Below, one piece after another: positions 1 to 12,920 of a stretch of 64,000 bases of DNA; the stretch's first letter is position 1; every line of letters begins with the position of its first letter. The translations under genes and the position numbers were made by a program. Source of the DNA: Lingula anatina (Eukaryota > Animalia > Brachiopoda); contig CM120640.1 in the NCBI GenBank assembly GCA_051362555.1, forward strand, positions 46,416,788-46,480,787, given 5' to 3'. The notes below the pieces were generated by a model, which had not been told where the DNA came from, searched no databases, and was given only the letters and a program-made list of their open reading frames with translations.

Positions 1-511
1 CAGGTCACAGTTATTGAATACTTATTTGAAAAAGTACATATATCTCAATACATTTTACTCTGCATTTGCTACTGCTGTGTGCTGTGGGCAGCTGTATGCA
101 AGCCTTGTAGGACATAGATGTTGACGAGATAGTAGCTTCTAATCAGTAGCTTAATTTTATCTGCAGGAAAATATTTTACTTTGCTACTTGTAACTGTTTC
201 AGATATAGTATGAAAAAAATGAGATAAAGTTATGTTGCATATAAACATCTTTTGGACACAAATTTCAAACTATTTACTTCGATCCACCACAGTTTGATAA
301 CTTTTACAGCTAAAGTGACCAAACTTTTCATGCAGCAACACAAATGTGAGTTACATTTGTCATAAGACATTCAGTGACCTCAAAGCCACCAAAAGTATCA
401 TTTTCAAGAGAATCCTACATATACATATCTGAAACTGTTACCTTTGTTTTCTGTTTGTCTTACTATAAATGTGTGTCTGTGAGTATTTTTAACTAAGTGT
501 TAACCTTGCAG

Positions 512-3500
512 AAGCTTCTGTTTCACAATCTTCTGCTCCACAACCAACTACTCGACCCACAGGGCCTGTCACTTCACAGCCACCGCTTATGTCACAGATC
601 AGATCACCCATCTCACAGACACGTAAGTGGTTCATTCATTTTTTCTATTGCCAAGGACATTCATCCAGCCTGTGGTGGGTTTTAGGTTGTCATGCTGTTC
701 CTTTGTGTCTAAATACTTTTTCAGATACTTAACTTCTATCTGCCACTGCTGAGCTCACACTTGCATGTACTTTGGTATTGGTGAGAAATAGTTTAAGACA
801 AAGGGAATGAAATTGATTAAATTCTATTAATTATTTGAAATTTTGTTGATTTGGCTGTTTTTATTTGTAGTTTATTTTGGTAAAAAAAATCAAGCGTGAG
901 CTCAGAAATGTTTATGTATGCTATATTAGTTGGTTACTAATTTACAATAGTATTTCATTCTGCTTTCTGTAGTTATTAGTACTTTTGCTAGAAAATATCC
1001 ATGTGTACTGCACTGTTTATCATGGCAGTAGGAAAGAAAGGTCATCCATTAATTTATTACTTTTTCTAGAAACGTCTTCTGCTCCGGGCCCACCTCATAT
1101 ATCATCAGGACCAGGAACAATGCTACAGCAACACCCCACATCTATTGCACCGCCAGCTTCTCAACCTACATCTGCCGCCAGTGGAATGGGGCTTCAAAGG
1201 CATCCCCCACCAAATGTACTTGCTTCAACACAGGCACAGCAGGTAGGCCTGAAACTGACAGGGCACAGCACTTGACATGTCTCAAAAGCATTGAATTAGC
1301 ATGTTGAAAATTGTTTTATATTGTTGCATCATTCTTGTTTTTGCTTTAAGAATATTATTTGTTAGGTGCATAAGTTAAAGGTATTTACAGCTCTGAAGAA
1401 TTGGAGAGTGGGCCTTTGTTGAATGTTACCACCAGGTTTTATCAGTGTTGAACAGGTCTAAGGTTTTTAAAAGGGGCCTCAGAATTGTTTTTTATGTCCA
1501 TTCTTTCAAATTATTGAGGGTACTTTTCTATGTTTCAGTTGACCACAACTTTGAAGGGTCAAAATGCTAAGGAAGTGACAAAGATGATATTGGAACAAAC
1601 TAAGCCTGGAAATAGTGAGTTTTGGCATTTTAAGTGATATTTGGATATTATGAAAAAAATTAATTTAGTCAAACATTTCATACTGTCAATGATTTTCTTT
1701 AATGCTCTCTAAAATTGTTGTATCAGAATATTTGCTACATGATATCAGTATAAGCAGCTAGAAAATAAAACTTATCTGTTCTAAAGATCTGAAAAGGTGT
1801 GATTGCACCAAAGTTTCTACTGCATTTAGCTGTTTGTTATTTTCATAATTTCCATCATTTTTATTCCAATACAATTTTTCAATATCCTAAATCCAATATA
1901 GCCAGTGCTACACAAAATTCTTACTTATTTTGTAGTACGCCCTTCATCCCAGTTTACACAGCAACTGCAGCAGCAGCAGCAACAACAACAAGGCATGCAG
2001 CCTGGGCCAGGTCCTCCCCTCTCTCAGCAGCCAGGCCTACACATGCCCCCTGTCTCCCAACCCTTACCCATGGCATCTTACCAGAGCCAGCTGCCCACCC
2101 AGTCCCAGCCCACCACATCTCTAACCAGTGCCACGGGAATGGGGACAGTGATGAGCTCACAGGCCTCCCATCAGAATTTTCAAGGTGGTGGGATGAAGGC
2201 ACCACCCCAGCAAGGAGGCATGATGGTTGGTGGTGGACAGTCTGGCATGATGACATCACAGCCAAATATGATGACACCACAGCAGCAGCAGCATATGATG
2301 ACATCACAATCTAATTTGATGTCATCTCAAGCTAGCAACATGATGATGACTTCATCACAGTCCAACATAATGCCCTCTTCTCAACCAAATTTAATGAGTT
2401 CACAGATGAACATGGGCAACTCACAAATATCTCAACCAGGTATGATGTCAACCCAAGGAGGTATGATGACATCACAGCAACAGCAACAACAACCACAACA
2501 GCCAGGAGGTCCACAAAACGTGATGGTCTCACAACAGAACATGATGGCACAATCTCAAAACAACATGATGCCAGCGCAGAACAATATGGGGCCATCTCAG
2601 AGTGACATGATGACACAAGGGGGGATGTATCAGAATCCTAACATGCAGAGTGGTCTAAGAAACCCAGGTCCACCCCAGTCTCGGATGCCCATGCAGAGTA
2701 ATGTCCAGCCTGGTGTACCTATGGGGCAAATGGCAAATCAGCCCCTGGATATGTTAATGGCGGGCCCAGGGGGAGGCCTTCTTGATAACCCTGCTTCAAG
2801 AGCTGGAGCCAAAGATCTGTGGACTGGTGCTTTGGAGTGGCAGGAGAAGACTAAAACTGGAAATACTACAGATCCTGGTGCTAAGATTATAAGATCTCTA
2901 CCTTGTAAAGTTTATATCACTCAAGGGGAGCAAGAAGTGTGAGTTTAATTTTGATTTTTTTCAGTAACTGATCATTCTGTTCCTTTTAGGTTTAAGCAAA
3001 TGTGATATAGATTAGGTGTTCCTAAAATATATTTGAAAGTTTATGATTTCGGTACAGATTTAATGATTTCAATAGGTGTTTTGTAAAAGTACAGATTGCA
3101 TTTGATCTTAGTCTGAAATGAATTGTTCAAGTTAAGCATCTGAAAGATGAAAATTTTGCATCAATTTAGATTTTAAGATGTAATATTTAATGATATCCAA
3201 CCATCTTCTTGCTGTAGATATTTATATATTTTTGATTTATTTTTCCAGCAATGCTTCAATATGGCCCAACAAGCTCCAAATGCAGCTGATACCCCAAGCT
3301 ATTCTTCAGTCCCTCCAGTCTTTGTTCAGAAATTCCAGAACAGTTTCATTCCAGTTTGCAAACACAGACAAAGAGGCAATCAAAAGCTTGTACAAAATAC
3401 TTTCTCAAGGCTTTGTGAGTGGACAACATGCTATTTTGATATTATGCTTATTATTTATTTATTAGGTGTAAAGTATATTCAGTTTGTATCTTTAGAAATG

Positions 3501-6500
3501 AACAAATATGATCCTATTAATTTCATTAGTACTTGCTCTATGTCTACAAAGATAGATGTACATGATGGACAGCTGCGCTAAATTGTATAGATTCATTTAT
3601 GTATCTTTGCTAATAAGTTGGCTTGGTTATGCTTTTTTACTACTATTACCAATGATGATAAAGTATCAAAACCTATATTAAGTTTCAAGTATTGGAATTA
3701 ATAATTGCATCAAAAGAAGTTTTGGACTTCACAATATAACCATAATGTCCATAATGTCCTTCAGGCTGGCTATATTCACTTCCCCACTATGTCTCAAGTG
3801 GATGTTCGTGTGGTGCTCCTATTGTACAGTACAAAGATGAAGAAGTTTGTGGGACTGATTCCCAATGACCAGAACAGTTTCATCAATGGCATCAAGATTG
3901 CTGTCACCAAACACAAGACAATGCAGCAAATGAAGATGCAGCAGCAGTTACAGCAAAGAGGGGTAGGGACTACTTTTATTGTTTGTTTGTCAAGTGTTTT
4001 AGAGAAAAACTTGTAACAGAGGTGAGAAAAGTATATAATGCGTATGTGTTTATAAAATGCTGTAACAGTGAGAGTTACTATTTTAGAATTACCATGTCAT
4101 GTGAATTTTTTGTTTAATGGTATAAGTTGCTAAGGGTTAGGCATGGTCATGCTGTATAAGAAAAGATTGAAGTCATTACCACAACAATGTTTTGCTGTCT
4201 TATATATTTTAGATGATGAATCAAATGGCTGGTGGTGTGCAGCAGCCTCCACAATCCCAACCTGGAATGCAAACACCACAACAGGTAAGTAGAAGCTACC
4301 CTCCAAGTTTTTAACTCCTAGGGTCTTTCTATGAAATTAAGCAACAATAATATATAGATAACTGGTTAAGCTTGTAATGGTTTGCTTTAGTTTGTTGTAT
4401 AATGCCCTTTTAGTGATTTAATTGTTATAGTATCAGTCAATACAATGAGTGTAGCTTGATAGGAAATACAACCCTCTTGCACAGATTACACTACACATGA
4501 AAAGGATGATACACAAACATATAAAACAATCTATTTCAAGTTAGTAACAAGCTCTTCACATGATTTCATTATGCTTTTTGAAAAAGTTTACTAGAATGGC
4601 TGGGCTGTGCCCTTTTGTTGATTCAGATTTTACATGTATGTGATAGTACTTAAAGAGTATACCTAAATTTTAGTAATAGCAGGGGGGTAGATTTTCTTTA
4701 TGGAACTAGCTGCATGAAATAAGTAGTATTATTGTAAGTTTTTATGAAAATTGTTTAAATGGTGTTTTTTAAAACTGTAGCAGTTATTTTTATTTATAGT
4801 TTAGAATTTTTAAATTATTATTTATTAGTTGTGGCTGTGGCTATGTCATTTGGTTTAAAAGATCCAGAGTTAAACAAAAAGATTGACAAAGAAATGTCAA
4901 AGAGACAAGATTAGACTTCCAGTGTTGGTGTCAGTTATAACCTCTGAATCAGTTGATATGCTTACAGATGACAAAGTCTATTCCACATTCTTATGTAGAT
5001 TACATAATTTTATTTCTTTTATTTTGATGTAGCCCTTGTTGGGGCAAAATAGCCAATTCAGTCAAGCTGCCACACTGACAACACAACAACAACAACAGCT
5101 GCAACCTCAGCAGCAATCACAACAGGTTGCTCAACAACCACAATCACAACAGTCTCAGGTACAAACTGTAGGTGGATGGCTGTGTATATCCTTGGTATTG
5201 TAAGGCTTCATCCTGACATTAATTGCATGCCTGCTGCTTGCCACCAATGCAAATAGAAACATCTTTCAATGCAGTCTTCCCTTAGTATTGTTCTGCACTA
5301 ACCCATGTTTTATCGTGATTGATTCTATATTTTCATATTCTGATTTTTGAATTGTTGCATTTAAGAAACTAATTTATTACGCCATATTCTCTATGAGTTG
5401 AATAAAGGGGCTTTTATTTATTCATACAATACATATTTTATAAGCTTTCCTGTGCCAATGAATTTCGTGATTTTTATCCTGCATGCTTAATTTGATTGAA
5501 GGCCTCATCACAGTAGAAACCATTGTTTACATTTCCCAGTAGTTATAATCTTGATGAAGAATTTTAATCAGCTTTCATGTCTTAATTTTTATAGGCAAAA
5601 GATGAGTGACCTTGGCAGAATTTTTGTTTATAAATCCTATGTATACGAATGTGTTTTGACAAAATGATTTTTAAATCCGTTTTATTGCATGATTTAGGTA
5701 TTGTATTAAGTATTAAGCATTGTCATCTTTTATCACTAGACATAGCTGTGGGTGGTTTGACTTGTGGGTCAAAGGTACAGGTCAAGTTTGAAATTGGTTT
5801 TGATCAGATAAGTCTAAACATATTTTCTTTTTTTTTTTTTTCGTTATCCTCCTCCCCCCCCCCCCCTCCCCCATAACTTTGTACTTATTTCTGATAATTT
5901 TGCCATTGTTTATCAGGTGTAACTATTACAAAACCCTTGTGCCAAAGCTTCCAGATGGATATATCTGTTCCGGCAACTTTAGACTGGGTTTAGCTGTAGG
6001 TGCAGCTAGTCAATCTACTGTTTTTTCTTAATATTAAACCTTATTTAGGTTGTCTGTACATTTGTCATTTTAGCTGGCTTGTGTAAAATCATTTGAAGAA
6101 ATTGTTTCCATTTGTTTCATTTAATTTTAAATTCTAATTATGTGCATTTATCAAAGTGCTCTTTGCCTAAAAAGCATGGCCTGTGTTAATCCATACTTAG
6201 ATGATATAATCATTCCCTGTTTTATGATAATTTTTATATCTCTTTCAATAATATGTCCTTTTCTTTAACCTCAAAACATATTGATGCCAAAGCTATTTAA
6301 TATGCTGCAAATTTTAGCTGCTTGCTGATTTTCACAGATTATTATTATAATTACTTTTTTTACTTTTTGAGAAAATGTGTTTTACAATTATCTCACGTCA
6401 CCAAGAACAAAAGAGGCAAGATTTTTTTAATGTGCTTGAAGGAGTGCATTATAGGAGGAATAAGATTTGAAAGGGAATAGCTGAAAGTCTATTGAACATC

Positions 6501-9500
6501 CAGCAAGTACTGCCTTAATGTAATTTTATATTTAGAATTATTAAATGAACGTATGAACTTCAAAATAAAGTTTTGTTTGTCTGTATGATTTCTTGTGATG
6601 GTGTGTTATAAAAATAACATGTCATTACTAGAAGGCAAACAGACATGTTTAAATAAACATATCATTCAATATTCCAGATGATGGGGCAAGCAGATCAGTT
6701 TAATCCTTCTGGCCCCATGCCAGGCCCTGGACCACAGCAACCACAACAAAGGGTAAATATACAATTTTTTTTTTACAAATGGTTAAACTACATGTATATG
6801 TGTAGAGGACAGACTGAATTCATTTATCCACAAGGTAGATATTCTTAGAGAGAAACAAAGGAGTGCCAGGTAATTGTGTGAGAAGATGGTAGGTTTTTGT
6901 TTGCTGGTATTCTTATCAAAATGGTTGTGAGAAACAGCAGCTTTCCTGAAAACTTACCCTGTCTAACTTAGTGTGATATTGCATTATTTCAAATGGTTGA
7001 TGTAAGATGTTTTCCAGACATTCTATATATTAAGATTGAATTTTATTTTTTATTATTATCTGTGTATTAATTTGTGTCTGTTACTTAGGCTTCATTCACA
7101 TGCAATGTCTATTTTCTAAATTCTATTTTCTATTCGCGGTATGTCTTATGATCATGGTCTGTGCCCTGAATATCCCACGGCGTAATTACTGGCAGCGCGA
7201 GTCACTTACTATAAGTAACTGTAAGTAACTGGCTCGCGCTGCCAGTAATTACGCGGTGGGATATTCAGGGCACAGACCGTGATCATAAGATAGCGCGAAT
7301 AGAAAATAGATTTTTAGAAAATAGACATTCCATGTGAACAAAGCCTTACTCTGTGATCAATGATGATTCCAATTTGCAAATATGATAATTATTCAAAAAT
7401 ATGTTTTAAGATGTTGGGTAAAACTCTGGTGATAGATCAGTAATTAATCAGAAGATTCAGTTACATTGTTTTATATCAGCTGTATTTTTCTGTCACTGTG
7501 TATTGAAGAATGCCCTGTAACTTCTACCTTTTGTTACACAAGAAATTTATGCACTAGTATTTGGTCTGGGATAAAAGAGTGTAAGCACAAGATGTGGATG
7601 TGGCAGAATGAAAACTGAGTTGATTTTATGAAATGTGCATATTAACTGAAGCCTGAGATATGCAAGTCTTGCTATGCATGGTGGATGAGATGAGATTAGA
7701 TGTTTTCATAACATTTCTTGTAACGCAATTGATGACAAACTGTGGTTGCATCTTTTAAGTGTTGCTGGCATAAAATTAGCCAAAAAGCTGTGAAATCACA
7801 GTCAGATCAATGGAGAGTGAAAAAATTAGTTTCCCTTTTCTTTTTCCAACTGAAATTTAAAATTATGAATATTAGAAAATATTTTTTAACCTCTTGTGAT
7901 AAAGATGCTAACCTGTGTCCAGACCTAGATTGCCCCCAGGTTGATCTAACTTCTTACTTCTCTTAGATACCAGCTACCATGATGGGTGGGCCACCTCTGC
8001 CTGGACCCCCTGCAGTTGGACCCCCGTCAGTGCCCAGTGGCATGATGGGTCCCCAAGTATGAAGACTTTCTTAGAATATATTTGCCATATCTTTAATTTG
8101 TGATGCATGGTTCAGCTAGAATGATGCTGGTGTGTAGCAAAGGACAGTATCAGCCTGGATTTTGCAGTGTTATCATGATGATTGTTTCTACTACAGAATG
8201 CTTCTTGCTTTTTCACATTTTGTAGTGGTAAACTCCAAATTCCCAGATGGTGTTCGACTAGAAGGGGGTAAATGAAAAATGTATGTACTTGACGTGGGTG
8301 ATTTATATTTTGAAGCACTTGTCCAAATCCAGTTGCTACTGTACTTCATGTCAACAGGGCAGTCTATAGAAGTCTACAGACCATTAGTGGACTACACTGT
8401 CTGTTTAGGCTGGTGGGTTATTTGTTAATGCTATCTTAAGGGTGTGATATTTGATTTTTGTCACCCTCTGGGAACATTGCATGCGAGTTTCCCCAGGCAA
8501 TAACATCAGTTTATATGCTTTAGTGCAGGGTTGCCAACTTTACAGAATGTATAGCCCTGTCATTTGTTATAAACAGTGGTCATACCTGAAAACAATAGAA
8601 ATGGGTTTAACAAATTACTAAGACTATTGATAAATGTGTAGAGCTGGCAAACCTAGTAGTAGTTGTACCTAACCATAATATTTATTTAAACCAACAGGTT
8701 CACAGTAGACCAAGCTCTGTAGATGTCCTAGAAGATTACCTATACTTTTTTATACACCTCATTCTTTGAAAACCTTTAAATGTTATTTTACTGAAAAGAA
8801 CATATTTTTCACTTTCATTAAAAACCATTTACTATTAACTATGGTTTTTAAGTAATCAACATCAAAAGAATTACAGAAATTACTTTTCAAAACTCTAGTA
8901 CTGCTGTATTTGTTGCACTTGTACAGGTATCCAAGGAATGAGAATGCTTTTATGTATGTGAAGCTTAACAGTATACTTTATCAAGATTTTATTTGATTTA
9001 GCTCTTTTTACCCCTACCTTGACAAAAAGAAACTTGTTTTTATAGTTTTTATTATTACATTTTAATTTAAAGAACATTGTAAGGGATCATTAACCTAAAT
9101 GAAATATTCATACTGCTACTCAATTTGTGAAAACTAAGATTTTACCAGATACTTAAGATAATAATTATGTATGAATGTTACATATTATGTGTTAGTGTGT
9201 ATGCTTGCATGCAAAAAAGAACATGGAAAATGCAACCAGTTTTCTATAAATGGGCAACTTTCTGTTTGACAACTTTCTGTTTCCAGGTACTGTGCATGCC
9301 CATCTTTTAGAACTAGAAGTTTGTTTAGTCTTGCCCTATGTTGCAATCATTGAGGCAGTAGTTATCACCTTGGGGTTTGTTGAAGCAAACCTGACGTAGA
9401 ATATGCATGTATGTTTGGTGCATGGTGCCTGGTACTTATGTGCGATATCTGCAAATGTATCTGATAAGATTGCAATATGATAAATATATACCTATTTTGG

Positions 9501-12500
9501 TGATTTGTCTGTAATTGTCCAGTTCGAATTACTAGGTTATATAATAACTTTTGTGAAAACAGGAATGTAGACATAACTTTTGTTAAGCCAGAGAAGCCTA
9601 AGTACCATTTATTGCATAGTTCTTAATAGTATCCATCTTAATGCTGGCATAAAAGTTAGTTGTCTTCCAAAAATAGATTTTCATTATGAGTATAACCAAT
9701 CATCCCACCAGTGTTGTCCAAAATTGTTTGGTTTTCAATTCTTTAAATGCTTTAATTTTCATGGAATTTATTTGGAAGTTGTAATCAAAATGTTCAAAAA
9801 AGTGCTTCCATACAAAATGTTTTAATGATGATTTATTTTAAATATGGTTTAAAGCTTGTGAGCTTTTATAAATGCTAGCTTTTGCTGTGATTGGTATACC
9901 AAATGGCATGCTAAAAAAGCTTGTGGTCATTTTTGATTTTTTTATCAGAGAAAAAAGCACAAAAGATCAAAATTAACTGATTTTACTGAACACTAAGACT
10001 GAAAGATTGTAGTTGCCCTTTAACCAGCCTTGATTTATGAGAGGACTTTATAAATTGACAGTAATAATTACTTACTTTTTGAATTTCAAATACTGGTCAA
10101 TGCACTTTTCATGTAGACCTATGACTTCTATTTATTTGTCTTTCGCGCTTACTTCAAGGGAAAGAAATCCCACAAAACTTGGCTTTCTAATCCTATTTAT
10201 GTTGTTACTGTTGCCATCTGACAAATATGTTCTTTTTATAAAGGGTTGACTTTTTTATGTACAGACACTTTAAGTGTCTGTATGTATTATGATCACTTGT
10301 CTGTCCATATCTCTGTCACTGTCTGACACATTTAATTGATTCATAGATTTACCACCAAACTTAATTTTTTGTTTTAATTTATATTCACCATGAGATTTTG
10401 TAACTAAAGGTAAAATTCGGATCAGATTTTAAAAACGCAATTTAACAACAAAAATAAGGCCCATCTTCATGTTTATTTCAGTGCTATTGTGGAAAGATCA
10501 CACCCATTACACAATATATTTTCTTACACAATCAATGCTATTGTGATGAAGTCTGACAATATTCTTCAGCATAATTATTATTGTAACAAAATCTCAATAC
10601 CTCTAACATATAAAATTTTGCAATGTTTAGGCTAATTTCATTGACCTGAGGATTGGCTTGGAATCAACTTTGAAACTTTTGTATATTGGAATATTGATGT
10701 AATGTATGTTTCTCTATGTTAAAATTCATAAAGGGTTTCTGTTTTTTATGAAAATTTCATAGTTACCATGACTTTTTTCCTGATTTTTTTTTTTTTTTTT
10801 TTTTGCTTGTCTGTATACTTGCCAGCCCAGCTGTCTAATTTTGAAATCATTACAGCACTTCAAAAGTTACGCATGTTAGATATTACAAGCTTTGCATGTA
10901 TGAAGCTCCACTATTTCCACAAATTTTGATAAATTGAAGCAGGGCGGTCTCTCAATAGTCTAATATTATTGATCCTCACTCTTATCCAATGTGTCCTCTT
11001 TATAGCAAGTGTCCAATGTGAATCAGATGGGAATGGCAGGCGGAGGGCTTACTATATCAGATCAAGAGCGCCAGGCCAATCTGGTAAGCATGCAGGGTGG
11101 CAGGGTAGAGAGGGGCCAAGTATACATGTGGGGCGCTTGCTAGCATGTTTAAATTTTGCCAATGCCTAAATTATTTTCGATAAGTCACAGAAAATTATAA
11201 AAATCTGTTTGACAGTTTAATGAAAAAAGATATTTTGTTGTATGTAGGATTTTTTAATGGAAATTTTGCAGTAGCTCAGGTAAATTGCTATATATACAGA
11301 GAGGTGGGGGGAGGGGTGCAGGTCAGTGTTAAGGAGGGAAATAATTTTATTTGTAGTTTTGAGGTATTGAATTAAACGGAGAATCAGAGTGCACTTTTTA
11401 GTTTATACATTTAAGGTATATAGGATTTGGATTTTTGATCCTCAGTATTGTATTGCCGGCTCTCTATTTAAGGGTCATTTTCTTTAAGGTGATATAGGTA
11501 AGCTTATGGGATTTTTAAAACATTCTTCAAATGTTTTTTTACTGTAATTATTGTGGAGAGAGAGTTTGCAGGTTTTGAAACACAAGGATTGAAATCAATG
11601 TCAACAGTATATGAAAATATTATACACAATATACATACATATACCATACACATAAAATATACACCAAATCTTTTTCTATGAATATCATCTTGTGGTCTAT
11701 TTCCAGTCAACAATTCCAATGCTCCAGAGGGCGCTAGCTGCAGCACAGGCCAAGGAGAAGCAGTTCCAAACCCAAAGGCAGATTGATGAGGCCAGAGCCC
11801 AGCACACATTGGGTAGGATGGGTTGTTAAGTTAACATAACATTAGAATAGATTGAAGAAGATGCGTTGAAAATAGTAGGAAAGATTTCTGGATTGACCAA
11901 GATAAGTTCAGATCATCTGCAACATAGCACTTTATCCTTTGAAGTTGATTTTAAATGAGTGCATTTATTTGTGTCAAAACAAGGCAAATTGTGTAATTGA
12001 TGAGCATAATGTAATTCAAATGTTATGTTAGAAATATTTGAAATGGATAAATTGTAAAAATAAACTGAAACCTTATTCAATATAAAGAAATCTCTGTAGC
12101 ATTAATATTTCAGGTGCATAATTTTAGTCATGTTGGGTCATTTTCCTATTCAAGAGTTGATGTAGGGAATAGCAGCAGAGGAATTGCAAAAAAATGTTCA
12201 GCGTTATCTATGTAACTGGTTAATACAGTGATTTTTAACTTTTAAATACAATTTATCATTATATTTTAAGCTTAAGGGTTCGTTTTACCAAAGCACCTAA
12301 ATAAACTTGTACAATACGTTTTCAGTTCAACAAAGACAGCAACAATTGCAGCAGGTTCAACAACAGCAACAGAGATTACAGTTGCAGCAACAACAGCAGC
12401 AGCAGCAGCAACAACAACAGAATCCTAGTAACCCACAGCTTAAGCAGATTCTCATTAATCAACAGCAGGTAACACAGATTTATTGGAGAAATGGGGAGGT

Positions 12501-12920
12501 GTACACACAATATGTACCAGCTATATTAGCCATTTCCAGGGTATTCATTGCTCAGTTGAGTTTTTTGGTGGTAATGCTTTTGTCAAGTTACTTCTGTCCT
12601 TGATATTATAAGAATTTAATGATGATGCCCCTTTTATTAATGTATGTCAGACAGTGAACAGTCGGAACACCTTTATAGAATGTTTATGCTCAATTTCCTT
12701 TTAGCAACAAGCACAACAACAGCGATTACATCAGCAGCAGTTGTTAATGCAGCAGCAGCAGCAACAACAACAGCAGCAGCTGCCCAGAGGTCCTGGGCCC
12801 CAGGGCATGGGACAAGGCATGGGACAACCTGGCATGCAACAATCAGGCATGGGGCAGATGGGACAACTGGGACAGAGTCAGCCATTTGGGGATGGATTTG
12901 ATTTAGAATCCCTTCTGTAG
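512..12920 (+). CDS. MED25: Mediator subunit 25, partial (N-terminal VWA exons lie upstream of the window)
   Basis: Phase-consistent GT-AG exons: 512-622, 1070-1242, 1539-1614, 1936-2938, 3249-3414, 3765-3962, 4213-4284, 5033-5158 (or 5167), 6678-6752, 7967-8056, 11006-11083, 11707-11812, 12326-12468, 12705-12920 (TAG). The spliced LWTGALEWQEK..RSLPCKVYI..WPNKLQMQLIPQ..LFRNSRTVSFQF..GFAGYIHFP..VRVVLLLYS..KKFVGLIPNDQNSFINGI is the ACID/PTOV domain; Q-rich tail with an NR-box-like NPQLKQILINQ. Confidence 0.95.
7088..7345. mobile_element. Foldback MITE, PIF/Harbinger (Tourist)-like
   Basis: 258-bp near-perfect palindrome (GGCTTCATTCACATGCAATG...CATTCCATGTGAACAAAGCC, arms ~120 bp) flanked by TTA at 7085-7087 and 7346-7348. 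Confidence 0.85.
8526..8655. mobile_element. Degenerate short hAT-like MITE
   Basis: CAGGGTTGCCAAC ... GCTGGCAAACCTA imperfect terminal inverted repeats; no TSD recognisable. Confidence 0.3.
10251..10430. mobile_element. HINE/Helentron-like remnant
   Basis: T-run, then a hairpin TACAGACACT-TTA-AGTGTCTGTA (10260-10282), then degenerate GTCT/GTCC repeats; right boundary uncertain. Confidence 0.35.

Noticed and set aside
1799-2616. Overlapping ORFs 1799-2314 (+), 1954-2307 (-), 2332-2616 (-), and the similar pair at 12644-12901 / 12673-12885
   Set aside because: Shadow frames of CAG/CAA-rich MED25 exons (poly-Ala/Thr/Val), not independent genes.
9257-9293. TTTCCAG|GTACTG as a recursive splice (ratchet) site
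   Set aside because: The donor is weak and the intron is only ~3 kb; no further support.
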